A stretch of DNA of 33,624 bases, from contig CANRML010000002.1 of NCBI GenBank assembly GCA_947631725.1, positions 1-33,624 on the forward strand, written 5' to 3'. Below are positions 1 through 8,950 of the stretch, in pieces. This DNA is from an uncultured Clostridia bacterium. Lineage in GTDB: Bacteria; Bacillota; Clostridia; TANB77; CAG-508. The translations under genes were made by a program, and so were the position numbers. The notes beneath the pieces were generated by a model. That model was not told where the DNA came from. It was given only the letters and a program-made list of their open reading frames with translations, and made no database searches. Within the stretch, counting starts at the first letter, position 1; each line of letters starts with the position of its first letter.

Positions 1-392
1 ATACATTCATTTAAATAAAATTTTCTTTTATTTTCTTCGTCTATTTTGATTAGTTCTAAATAATGTGACCAACTTAATTTGGCAGACACTGTCTTCCAAT
101 TTGGGTACATTAAATAAAATTTTCTCATTGTTCTCAAATTTCTAGCCGAAAAACCTTTTCCAAATTCATTTGTAAGTTTTTCTGATAGTTTTTGTAAAAC
201 AGCATCTCCATAACTAGCACGTTCATTTCCTTGTTGGATTTCCATTATAACTTTTCCTATATTCCAATATAAGTTAAGCATTTCCGTATTTACTACGCTA
301 TATACTCTATTTCTACTATTATTTATTAGATCTCTAATTTCCTCAAAAATAGGATTTATATTCTTATCAATCAATGATAAATCATTTGACAT
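1..392 (-). CDS. PD-(D/E)XK nuclease, YhcG/DUF1016 family (N-terminal 130 aa only; the gene's 3' end runs off the window)
   Basis: Absent from the ORF track because it is edge-truncated. My own translation from ATG 390-392 reads MSNDLSLIDKNINPIFEEIRDLINNSRNRVYSVVNTEMLNLYWNIGKVIMEIQQGNERASYGDAVLQKLSEKLTNEFGKGFSARNLRTMRKFYLMYPNWKTVSAKLSWSHYLELIKIDEENKRKFYLNEC. The LYWxIGK...GFSxRNLxxMRxFY...LSWSHY pattern is the conserved N-terminal domain of DUF1016/YhcG proteins. A GGAG-type RBS (gagaggagag) lies just upstream. Confidence 0.75.
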   Translation of the reverse strand, partial: MSNDLSLIDKNINPIFEEIRDLINNSRNRVYSVVNTEMLNLYWNIGKVIMEIQQGNERASYGDAVLQKLSEKLTNEFGKGFSARNLRTMRKFYLMYPNWKTVSAKLSWSHYLELIKIDEENKRKFYLNEC

Positions 393-625
393 TTGCTCTC
401 TCCTCTCTTATTTTATATTTACACAAATTGAGTTATAAACTCTGTTTTTCTAAATTCAATAATCTTATATACATCTAGTTAAAATTAATCAAGATTAAAT
501 ATTATGTCTTATGTAATTATATCACAAAATCATATTTTTTCAATAGAAAATCAAACATTTTTTCTGCTTTATCTTTTGAAATATAGTTAATTACTACTAT
601 TTCTTGTGTTCTTAATGTATTTCCA

Positions 626-657
626 TTAAAAATACAAGGAATTTTATGGTTCCTTGC
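626..657 (-). terminator. Rho-independent terminator of the 575-aa gene
   Basis: On the minus strand, stem CAAGGAA (650-656) pairs with TTCCTTG (635-641) around an 8-nt loop, followed by TATTTTTAA. It begins 13 nt after the stop codon at 670. Confidence 0.7.
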
Positions 658-669
658 ATTTTATTAGTT

Positions 670-2397
670 TTATAAATCTTTTTCTTCATCTCTATTTTGA
701 TAATTTTCCATTGGAATTGTTGAATTATCTTTATAGTTTAGTAAATATTGAGTTCTTTTTTCTAATGGAATTGGATTTTCTTCAAAGCCTTCTGGTCCAT
801 AATTTCCTATAACATATTCTGGTAAAATAAAGCTATCTCCATCTTGTTCATTTGCTCCCCAAACAGGAATATCAGAGTTAGGCTCAAAAGCTTCTCTAGG
901 AATTGATATTACAATTTTATTGCAATCATTTGTTATAAATTCTGAAAAACTCATTGTATGATTATATGTTCCTGTTGTTGTACATTCCAATCTGTTTTTC
1001 TCTGATTTATCATAAGTCGAAGATTTTTTCCCATTTTGGAAGCATTCAGCTTTTTTATTAGGTTCTGACATTATTCCATATTTATGTTGTAAAATATAGT
1101 TATTTTTGTCTTCATATAGCTCTTCCATTTTTTTACCTTGCTCTATGGTTAGCTTTCCATCCATATATAGATAAGATTGTATATTGTCATTACTATATTT
1201 TCCTACAAAAGGTGAAGCAGATATAAAATGATCTAATTTTGAGTCATTTTCTTTTTGGTATAAATCCGCTCCCATCCTTATTGCTTCAAATAAATACTTT
1301 TGAGGAATTTTATACATTCCATCTTCAACTTTTTTTGGATTTTCTATTTCTTCTAATATTGGTTTTATACGAGAAATATCCCATTGCTTTGCTTCTTCAT
1401 ATTGTCCATTTCTATATAGTTCAAATTTGTCAATCTCAGACATAAGATTTTTAAGAGATTTTTTATATAAATCTGGATTATTACTAGTATCATACTTAAT
1501 ATATGAAAAATCATAATCTATCATTTTATCTACAATTTGCTCTTTTACTATGCCTTTAAATGAATCTAGAAAATCAGGATTTTTCTGAAATAAGCTTTCT
1601 ATACCTTCTTTTCCTGTTTTATCAATATATTTTAAAAATTTATCTCTTTGGTTTATATCATCTAAAGTTAATAAATTTTCTCCTTCTTCATTATGTTCAT
1701 TTATTAATACATTTTTTCCATCTACAATTTTAAAATTTTTTGTAGCAATTTTTTGTACTTCGCCATTTTCATCATAATCCATAGAAAATTTTCTTGTTGC
1801 ATTTTCTTCAGTTAATTCATTGATATTTGATTCATCAAGTTTAATTGAAAATCCTTCTTTATGTAATGTTTCTCCTTCATTTATTGATAATGTTGTACTA
1901 GTAAATTCATCATTTGATAATATATTTTCATTTTCACCATATATAGCAATTTTTTTAATGGTTACATTTCCTTCATTATCAACTAATATTGATGATTGCT
2001 TTAAGCCTTTATTTTTAATAGATCGATAGTTTATTTTTTCAGGATTTATCTTGCTTTCTTTAATTATATAAATCATATGTTGTAGTTCGTCATTACTTAT
2101 GCTATTTTCAGATTTTGACCATGTATTATCTCTTTCATCTAAAATATCTTTTAATGTAGAAGTGATTTCCAAAAATGCTGTCTTATTATTTATTAGTTTT
2201 TCATTGATTTTTAATTCTTCAATTATTTTGTTCATAGCATCTTGTCTTGAATAAATCTTTTTTAAATCCTCTTTAAAATATGTTGCATTACTTTTTAAAC
2301 TAATTTCTTCTTCTGCTACTTTATTAATTGCTTCTAATCTTGGATTTTTATTAAATATTGCCTTTATTCTTTCTATAAAATCTCGTATTTTTGACAT
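670..2397 (-). CDS. Hypothetical cytoplasmic protein, 575 aa, no recognisable family
   Basis: Long uninterrupted ORF with RBS GAGG 8 nt before ATG 2395-2397. It has no signal peptide or TM segment. The gene has its own terminator and a 155-nt AT-rich upstream region, so it looks monocistronic. I cannot assign any catalytic or binding motif by eye. Confidence 0.7.
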   Translation of the reverse strand: MSKIRDFIERIKAIFNKNPRLEAINKVAEEEISLKSNATYFKEDLKKIYSRQDAMNKIIEELKINEKLINNKTAFLEITSTLKDILDERDNTWSKSENSISNDELQHMIYIIKESKINPEKINYRSIKNKGLKQSSILVDNEGNVTIKKIAIYGENENILSNDEFTSTTLSINEGETLHKEGFSIKLDESNINELTEENATRKFSMDYDENGEVQKIATKNFKIVDGKNVLINEHNEEGENLLTLDDINQRDKFLKYIDKTGKEGIESLFQKNPDFLDSFKGIVKEQIVDKMIDYDFSYIKYDTSNNPDLYKKSLKNLMSEIDKFELYRNGQYEEAKQWDISRIKPILEEIENPKKVEDGMYKIPQKYLFEAIRMGADLYQKENDSKLDHFISASPFVGKYSNDNIQSYLYMDGKLTIEQGKKMEELYEDKNNYILQHKYGIMSEPNKKAECFQNGKKSSTYDKSEKNRLECTTTGTYNHTMSFSEFITNDCNKIVISIPREAFEPNSDIPVWGANEQDGDSFILPEYVIGNYGPEGFEENPIPLEKRTQYLLNYKDNSTIPMENYQNRDEEKDL

Positions 2398-2514
2398 ATA
2401 ATTAACCTCTATTAATTTTTAATATTTAATTATATTATTACATATTTGATTCATTTTTGGTTGATTATTATAAAAATGTCATATTTTTGTAATAATATTT
2501 TAATATATTTTTAT

Positions 2515-2547
2515 ATAACAAAATACTTCCACCTTTCGGTGGAAGTA
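2515..2547 (-). terminator. Rho-independent terminator ending the phosphorelay operon
   Basis: Perfect 10-bp stem TACTTCCACC (2524-2533) / GGTGGAAGTA (2538-2547) with a 4-nt loop. On the minus strand it is followed by TTTTGTTATAT. It starts 6 nt after the stop codon at 2553. Confidence 0.85.
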
Positions 2548-2552
2548 TTATT

Positions 2553-3926
2553 CTAATCATGTAGTTTACTATTTTCATATCCTTTTTCTATTGCGCTATT
2601 GCATGTATCTTCTATTTGTTTTGCAAGCTCTTCTGCTGATTTTTCACCATATAGCAATTCTTGAATATTTGGATAAAATACTGCTCTAACATTTCTCCAA
2701 TTTGGATTATTTCCTGTGAAATTCCATCCAGAATCTAAATTATCAATATATTTTTGCTTATCCTTTAATTGTTCTGCAAATTTGATGGCTACACTGTTAC
2801 TACATGGTATCGCACCAGCTGAATAATCTCGCCATTTTTCATTTTCGTAAATGTATTTTACAAAATCTTTTGCAACTTTTAATTTTTCTTCATCTCCATT
2901 GTCAAATACTTCAAATCCATTAAGAAATGTTGTATTAAATCCTTTTCCATCTATAGAAGGGAAATTTACATGTCCATAATTTATATTAGTTTTTCTAAGT
3001 GATGCATCTAAAACTGCATTATTTATATATATTGCTAATTGTCCGTTCATGAATAAATTATAGCAATCATCTATTTCAATATTTTCTGCATTTGCTGGGA
3101 AATATCCTTTTTTGTCGCAATCCATTAGCCATTGGACTGCCTGTATTCCTTCTGGAGTATTTAATTTAATTCTTCCGTTTTCATCAAAGAATGTACTTCC
3201 TCTACTACGAAGTAATGTAATAACATGAGTATCTCCCATTTCATTTTTTCCGTACATTAACATAGGATATACATTTTTAGGTAATTTCTTTTGAAGTGTT
3301 GAAAGGATTATTTCAAAGTCTTGTAATGACCAGTTTTGTATAACGTCTTTATCTGTTATATATTTTTCAAGTCCTACTTGTTTGAATAAGTCTTTATTAT
3401 AGCATAATGTGTTCTGCATACCTAAAAATGGCATCATATATGTTTTATCATTTAATTGACTTATTTCCCAATAGTTATCATCAATATCGTTTCTCATTTC
3501 ATCTGTAATTATATCATCTAAAGGTACTACTTTGCCTGTATGAATATATGTTGACATGTTAAAATATTCTTCATATAGGACATCTGTAGCTTCTTTTGTA
3601 TCAAAACATCCTATTATTTCATCATTTTCGTCTTCCTTTTCAAATTGTGTTACTTTTATCTTAACATTTGCATCTTTATATTCTTTTTCAAAATCACTTG
3701 CTGCTTTTTTTAAAAATGTGTATGTATCATTTATTTCTTCATCTGCATAAGATGTCATTTGTAATATTGGTGTTTTTATATTTAAAATAATTTCGTCATC
3801 GCTTTGTTTTGATGTTTCTACTTTTTTATTTTTCTCAGAAGTTTTGGAATTAAGCAAAAAATATCCTCCTAATGCTATTATTAAAACTATTATTATTGAT
3901 AAAATAATTATTACTTTCTTATTCAT
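2553..3926 (-). CDS. Extracellular solute-binding protein (family 1, sugar-type ABC SBP fold), membrane-anchored by an uncleaved N-terminal helix
   Basis: 457 aa with an N-terminal hydrophobic helix (IIILSIIIVLIIALGGYFLL) and no lipobox Cys. The body has typical sugar-SBP strings (TLCYNKDLFKQVGLEKY, MPFLGMQ, FNTTFLNGFEVF). There are no ABC permease or ATPase genes in the operon. Confidence 0.8.
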   Translation of the reverse strand: MNKKVIIILSIIIVLIIALGGYFLLNSKTSEKNKKVETSKQSDDEIILNIKTPILQMTSYADEEINDTYTFLKKAASDFEKEYKDANVKIKVTQFEKEDENDEIIGCFDTKEATDVLYEEYFNMSTYIHTGKVVPLDDIITDEMRNDIDDNYWEISQLNDKTYMMPFLGMQNTLCYNKDLFKQVGLEKYITDKDVIQNWSLQDFEIILSTLQKKLPKNVYPMLMYGKNEMGDTHVITLLRSRGSTFFDENGRIKLNTPEGIQAVQWLMDCDKKGYFPANAENIEIDDCYNLFMNGQLAIYINNAVLDASLRKTNINYGHVNFPSIDGKGFNTTFLNGFEVFDNGDEEKLKVAKDFVKYIYENEKWRDYSAGAIPCSNSVAIKFAEQLKDKQKYIDNLDSGWNFTGNNPNWRNVRAVFYPNIQELLYGEKSAEELAKQIEDTCNSAIEKGYENSKLHD

Positions 3927-3937
3927 ATATCTATCCC

Positions 3938-6160
3938 CTATTTTAAAATTTTCTTTAATGTGTCTGATAATTTCTCCACATCTATTGGTTTTGAAAGATG
4001 TCCGTTCATCCCTGCATTTTCTGCTGCTTTTCTGTCTTCCTCAAAAGCATTAGCTGTCATTGCTATTATAGGAATATTAGCTATTTTTTTGTTACTGAAA
4101 CTCCTTATTTTTTGAGTTGCTTCAAATCCGTTCATTATAGGCATTTGAATATCCATTAAAACTAAATCAAAATGTTCTGGATCTGCATTTTCTAAAATGT
4201 CACAAGCTTCTTTTCCATTTTCAGCATTTTCAACTAAAAATCCAAAGTCTTGTAAATATTCTGTTGCAATTTCTCTATTCATTAAATTGTCTTCAACAAG
4301 AAGTATTCTTTTTCCCTTAAAGTCAACTTTTTCTTTGGTTTCTTCAGTTTTCGTACTTTCTTTTTGAGTTTTAAATTCAAGTTTTACAATAAATTCTGTA
4401 CCTTTTCCCACTTCACTTTTTACTGTAATCTTGCCGTTCATCATATCAACAAGATTTTTTGTAATGCTCATCCCTAGTCCTGTTCCTTGTATTCCGCTAA
4501 CTGTAGAAGTACGTTCTCTTGTAAAAGGTTCAAAAATTTCTTCTAAGAATTCTTTACTAATTCCAATTCCTGTATCTTTTACCCTGAATTCATATATTGC
4601 ATATCTTTTTTTAGTTGCTTTTTTCTCTGTAACAATTACATCTATCGTGCCACCTGTATTTGTAAATTTAATAGCATTTGATATTAAATTGATAAGAATT
4701 TGATTTACTCTCAGCTTATCGCAAAAAATATTTTCATCATTTATGTTTATTTTTTCAATATTGAAATTTAGCTGTTTTGTTTGAATATCAGCTTGAACTA
4801 TATTTTTAATTCCATCTAATATTTCGATTATATTTTCTTCTTTTTCTTCTATATGAACTTTTCCAGATTCAATTCTGCTCATATCTAAAACATCATTTAT
4901 TAAAGATAATAGATGGTTTGATGATTGTCCTATTTTTCCTAAATAGTCTTGAACTTTTCCTTTATCATCAATATATTTAGTTGCAAGATTTGTAAACCCT
5001 ATAATTGCATTCATTGGTGTACGAATATCATGTGACATATTATTTAAAAATGTTGTTTTTGCTTTGTTGGCCTGTTCTGCTAGAGCAAGTGCTTCTTCTA
5101 ATTCATTACGGTGTTGTACTTCAAAGTTCACTAAGTTTTTTTGAGAACGATTTGTAAACATTAATAATACAACTATGGCTATTGCAACTATAATTAAGAT
5201 TACTAATACTATAACCATTTTTAAGAGATTACTAATTTGTGCTTCAAATACACTAAGAGGTACTGACATAACAAAATACCAGTTCATAGTTTCCATTGGA
5301 GTACATACCATGATTCTTTCTTCATCTTCAAGTATATATTGCACTGAAAAAACTTCTTCATTTAAAATTTTATTACGTATTTCTTCTACTGTTATTCCAT
5401 TTTCAAGTTCCGCTTTTTCTAAAATAGAATAAAAATTGTCTCTTTCTAAAAGTGATGTTTCTCTATTTACAGATACTAGATAATATCCTTCTAAATCGAT
5501 TACACTACTATATCCTAATCCATTATAGCTATCAATTTTAAGTTCTTTTGATAGAGAGTCAATATCATAGTAGCAAACTATATATTCAAATTTTTTTCCT
5601 TCAACTGTAAAAGGTGATAATTTTATTCCAATAACAAGTTTTTCTTGTTTACCACCTGCGTAAATATTTGAAGTATCTAGTCTAAATACAAATTTATCCT
5701 TTTGCATGTCTTGACATTGTTTTAATAGTTCTGCATCATTTCCTATTGAATATTTACTACTATATTTTTCTCCTTCAGTTGTTAGAAATGCTGCTTCTAT
5801 ACATTGTATTGATTGTGCTTTTACATTTAGACTTTCTAACATTTCTTCTGTTGTATCAAATTTTGATTGCTTTATTTCTGTCGCTATTCCTTTAACTTCA
5901 TTCCATCTATGTTCTATTCCTGAAGTAATTGATATTTCATCATGTTTTGACAATTCTTCCATATTATGTAAGGATGAATTTATCATCCTATCTGTTAATA
6001 GTTCATAAAACCATTTACAGGTATATCCTATGGCAACTGCTGCAAATACTAGTGCAATTACAACAGCTATATTAGTCATTTTGATTTTATTTAGTCTTTG
6101 CTTTATTCTTGTGTCTATTTTCTTTTTTGCCTTTTCTTTATTAGTATTCAAGAATATCAT
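3938..6160 (-). CDS. Hybrid sensor histidine kinase/response regulator with an extracytoplasmic Cache-like sensor domain
   Basis: Motifs present: H-box MSHDIRTPMNAIIGF, N-box NLISNAIKFT, G-boxes DTGIGI and GTGLGM. The C-terminal receiver shows LLVEDN...DLVLMDIQMP...AMTANA. Two TM helices bracket an external region of roughly 270 aa. Confidence 0.9.
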   Translation of the reverse strand: MIFLNTNKEKAKKKIDTRIKQRLNKIKMTNIAVVIALVFAAVAIGYTCKWFYELLTDRMINSSLHNMEELSKHDEISITSGIEHRWNEVKGIATEIKQSKFDTTEEMLESLNVKAQSIQCIEAAFLTTEGEKYSSKYSIGNDAELLKQCQDMQKDKFVFRLDTSNIYAGGKQEKLVIGIKLSPFTVEGKKFEYIVCYYDIDSLSKELKIDSYNGLGYSSVIDLEGYYLVSVNRETSLLERDNFYSILEKAELENGITVEEIRNKILNEEVFSVQYILEDEERIMVCTPMETMNWYFVMSVPLSVFEAQISNLLKMVIVLVILIIVAIAIVVLLMFTNRSQKNLVNFEVQHRNELEEALALAEQANKAKTTFLNNMSHDIRTPMNAIIGFTNLATKYIDDKGKVQDYLGKIGQSSNHLLSLINDVLDMSRIESGKVHIEEKEENIIEILDGIKNIVQADIQTKQLNFNIEKININDENIFCDKLRVNQILINLISNAIKFTNTGGTIDVIVTEKKATKKRYAIYEFRVKDTGIGISKEFLEEIFEPFTRERTSTVSGIQGTGLGMSITKNLVDMMNGKITVKSEVGKGTEFIVKLEFKTQKESTKTEETKEKVDFKGKRILLVEDNLMNREIATEYLQDFGFLVENAENGKEACDILENADPEHFDLVLMDIQMPIMNGFEATQKIRSFSNKKIANIPIIAMTANAFEEDRKAAENAGMNGHLSKPIDVEKLSDTLKKILK

Positions 6161-6172
6161 CCCTTTCTTTTG

Positions 6173-7252
6173 TTATTCTGTTGCTTCTATCATATCTTTT
6201 TTTGCATCATCAAAGCATTTCAATAGCTTTGGAGAAAAGGTTCCACAGTCTCCACGATGAATCATCCTATATGTTTCTTCTGGTGTAAATGACTCTTTAT
6301 ATACTCTTTTATTTACAAGAGCATCATAAACATCTACAATTGATACTACTTGTGCCCATATTGGAATATCTTCACCTGATAGCCCATCTGGATACCCTCT
6401 TCCATCATATCTTTCATGGTGATAACGACAAATTTCATAGGAATAACGATAAAATTCGGTTTCTTCCTGTTTAAAATGTTCTAACATTTGACAACCATAT
6501 ATTGTGTGTTTTTTCATTTCCTCATATTCCTCATCTGTAAGTCTTCCTGGTTTTAAAAGAATATTATCAGGAATTGCAATTTTTCCTACATCATGTAGGG
6601 CAGATGCATTTACCATTAATTCAATTTGTTCATCTGTAAATTGTTTTTGTCCATATAAAGCTCTCCAATGTCTTAGCATAATTCTAGTAAGTCTTTTTAC
6701 TCTTTGAATATGCTCACCTGATTCCATACTTCTAAATTCAACTACTGAGCTTAGTGCATTTGTAAGGAATATATTGCTTTGTTCAATTTTTCTTTTACTT
6801 TCTCTTAATTCTTTAGTTCTAATTGCTAATTCATTTTCAATTGATATCCTATGTTGATATAGCTCTATTATATTTTTGGCTCTACGTGTTACAACTGCTG
6901 GTTCAAATGGTTTATATATTATATCTGCTGCACCTAATTCATATGCTTTTACATCACTTTCAACTGTTGCTTCTCCAGTAATCATTATTACTGGAATTGT
7001 AGATATCATATTATTTAAAGACATATAGTGCATTACTTCTAGTCCATCTTTTTTTGGCATAACTAAATCTAAAAATAATAAAGCTATCTTATCTTTATAC
7101 TTATGTAATAATTCAATAGCTTCTTCTCCATCACTTGCTTCTAAAATATTATACTTTCCTTCAAATATATCTTTTAATAATTCTCTATTAATCATAACAT
7201 CATCTGCAATTAGTAAAGTATCTCGTTCTTCCATTTTTTTCTCCTTTGACAT
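6173..7252 (-). CDS. Response regulator with HD-GYP output domain (predicted c-di-GMP phosphodiesterase, RpfG type)
   Basis: N-terminal receiver (LLIADDVMINR...LFLDLVMPKKDG), a coiled-coil linker, then an HD-GYP domain with HDVGK, HHERYDGRGYP and DVYDAL all intact. Confidence 0.9.
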   Translation of the reverse strand: MSKEKKMEERDTLLIADDVMINRELLKDIFEGKYNILEASDGEEAIELLHKYKDKIALLFLDLVMPKKDGLEVMHYMSLNNMISTIPVIMITGEATVESDVKAYELGAADIIYKPFEPAVVTRRAKNIIELYQHRISIENELAIRTKELRESKRKIEQSNIFLTNALSSVVEFRSMESGEHIQRVKRLTRIMLRHWRALYGQKQFTDEQIELMVNASALHDVGKIAIPDNILLKPGRLTDEEYEEMKKHTIYGCQMLEHFKQEETEFYRYSYEICRYHHERYDGRGYPDGLSGEDIPIWAQVVSIVDVYDALVNKRVYKESFTPEETYRMIHRGDCGTFSPKLLKCFDDAKKDMIEATE

Positions 7253-7259
7253 ACAATAA

Positions 7260-7604
7260 TTATATTATTTCATTTATTCCGTCAATGACTTTTTGATATT
7301 CTTCTGCTACATTTGGAAATGTTGCAAGAGCTTTTTCAAATTCTTTTGCTCTTAATTCCTCTGTTATTTGTTCTACAATTTTACTTAAGTTTTCAAAAGC
7401 CATATTTTGGCAAACTCCTTTTAATGTATGTGCACCTCTGAAAGCTGACTCGCAGTCATTTGCTTCAATTGCTGTTTTTAATTGATTATATGATTCGTCC
7501 ATTAAAAAAAATTTTAAATATTTTTGTATTCTTTCATCATTTTGCATCCTAGAGATTGCTTTTGAATAATCTCCTCCTATTTGATTGTAAAATTCTTCTA
7601 TCAT
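7260..7604 (-). CDS. Histidine phosphotransfer (Hpt) domain protein
   Basis: 114 aa and all-helical by composition. It carries the phosphorylatable-His motif RGAHTLKGVCQNM (HxxKG) typical of Hpt. It is the first gene of the operon and sits 8 nt upstream of the REC-HD-GYP gene. Confidence 0.85.
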   Translation of the reverse strand: MIEEFYNQIGGDYSKAISRMQNDERIQKYLKFFLMDESYNQLKTAIEANDCESAFRGAHTLKGVCQNMAFENLSKIVEQITEELRAKEFEKALATFPNVAEEYQKVIDGINEII

Positions 7605-7705
7605 ATTTTTCTTTCCTTCCTTTAGTCAAATTATATATTTTTTTGACTATATTTTTATCTATATTTAAATTATAATAAGAAGGAAAAAAAGTCAATAGAA
7701 TACAT

Positions 7706-7744
7706 AGAAAAAATAGTAGAAAATATATAATTTTCTACTATTTT
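7706..7744 (-). terminator. Rho-independent terminator after ugd (palindromic, could act in both directions)
   Basis: An 11-bp perfect stem TAGTAGAAAAT (7714-7724) / ATTTTCTACTA (7730-7740) with a 5-nt loop. On the minus strand it is followed by six U (plus-strand A run 7708-7713). Confidence 0.85.
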
Positions 7745-7761
7745 AATTCTATATTTTTAAA

Positions 7762-8928
7762 TTAATCCCTACTATATAAGTCTCTTGTATAAAGTTTATC
7801 TTTTACATCAAATAATTTGTCTTCATATCTATTAGCAATTATAACATCTGATTTTTTTGCAAATTTATCAAAATCATTTTCTACTTTGCAACCATTAAAT
7901 TCTTTTTCTTTTAATGTTGGTTCATAAATTAATATTTCAACGTCTTCTTCTTTTAATTTTTCAATTACGCCTTGTATTGCACTAAATCTAAAATTATCAG
8001 ATTCTGCCTTCATTGTTAATCTATAAATTCCTACAGTTTCTGGCTCTCTTTTCATTATCATTTCAGCAATATGTTTTTTTCTTGTTGCATTTGAGCGAAC
8101 TATTGCACGAATTAAATTTTGAGGTACATTATCAAAATTTGCAAGTAACTGTTTTGTATCTTTTGGTAAGCAATATCCTCCATAACCAAATGATGGGTTG
8201 TTATAGAAAGTTCCTATTCTCGGATCCAAACAAATTCCATCTATTATATCCTTTGCATTTAATCCTTTTATTTCTGCATATGTGTCTAATTCGTTAAAAT
8301 ATGCTACTCTTAACGCTAAATATGTATTAGCAAATAATTTTACTGCCTCTGCTTCTGTTGGATTCATATATTTTATTTCAATTTCCTCTTTTAAAGCTCC
8401 ATCTTTTAATAAAGTTGCAAATTCTATAGCTCTTTCTGATTTTTCTCCAATTATAATTCTTGATGGATATAAATTATCATATAAAGCTCGTCCTTCTCTT
8501 AAAAATTCTGGACTAAACATTATATTGTCTATATTATATTTTGCTTTTATGCTTTCTATAAATCCAACTGGAATTGTTGATTTTACAACCATAGTTGTAT
8601 CTATTCCCATTGATATTACTTTCTTTATTACATCTTCTACACTTGATGTGTCAAAATAATGTGTTTCATCATCATAATTTGTTGGAGTTGAAATAACTAT
8701 AAATTTTGCATCTTTAAAAGCATCTTTATAATCTAAAGTTGCTCTTAAATTTAATTTTTTGTTTTCAAGAAAATCTTCTATTTCCTTATCTCTGATAGGT
8801 GATTTCCCATTATTTATCATATCAACTTTTTCTTTTATCACATCTAATGCAACTACTTCATTATTTTGTGCTAGTAAACAAGCTATTGATAATCCTACAT
8901 AACCTGTTCCTGCTACTGCTATTTTCAT
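7762..8928 (-). CDS. ugd: UDP-glucose 6-dehydrogenase
   Basis: Rossmann N-terminus MKIAVAGTGYVGLS and catalytic Cys motif GGYCLPKD. I start it at ATG 8926-8928 (RBS GGTGGGAAAG). The track's upstream in-frame start at 8982 would overlap the preceding gene. Confidence 0.92.
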   Translation of the reverse strand: MKIAVAGTGYVGLSIACLLAQNNEVVALDVIKEKVDMINNGKSPIRDKEIEDFLENKKLNLRATLDYKDAFKDAKFIVISTPTNYDDETHYFDTSSVEDVIKKVISMGIDTTMVVKSTIPVGFIESIKAKYNIDNIMFSPEFLREGRALYDNLYPSRIIIGEKSERAIEFATLLKDGALKEEIEIKYMNPTEAEAVKLFANTYLALRVAYFNELDTYAEIKGLNAKDIIDGICLDPRIGTFYNNPSFGYGGYCLPKDTKQLLANFDNVPQNLIRAIVRSNATRKKHIAEMIMKREPETVGIYRLTMKAESDNFRFSAIQGVIEKLKEEDVEILIYEPTLKEKEFNGCKVENDFDKFAKKSDVIIANRYEDKLFDVKDKLYTRDLYSRD

Positions 8929-8950
8929 TTTCTTTCCCACCTTACTATTT

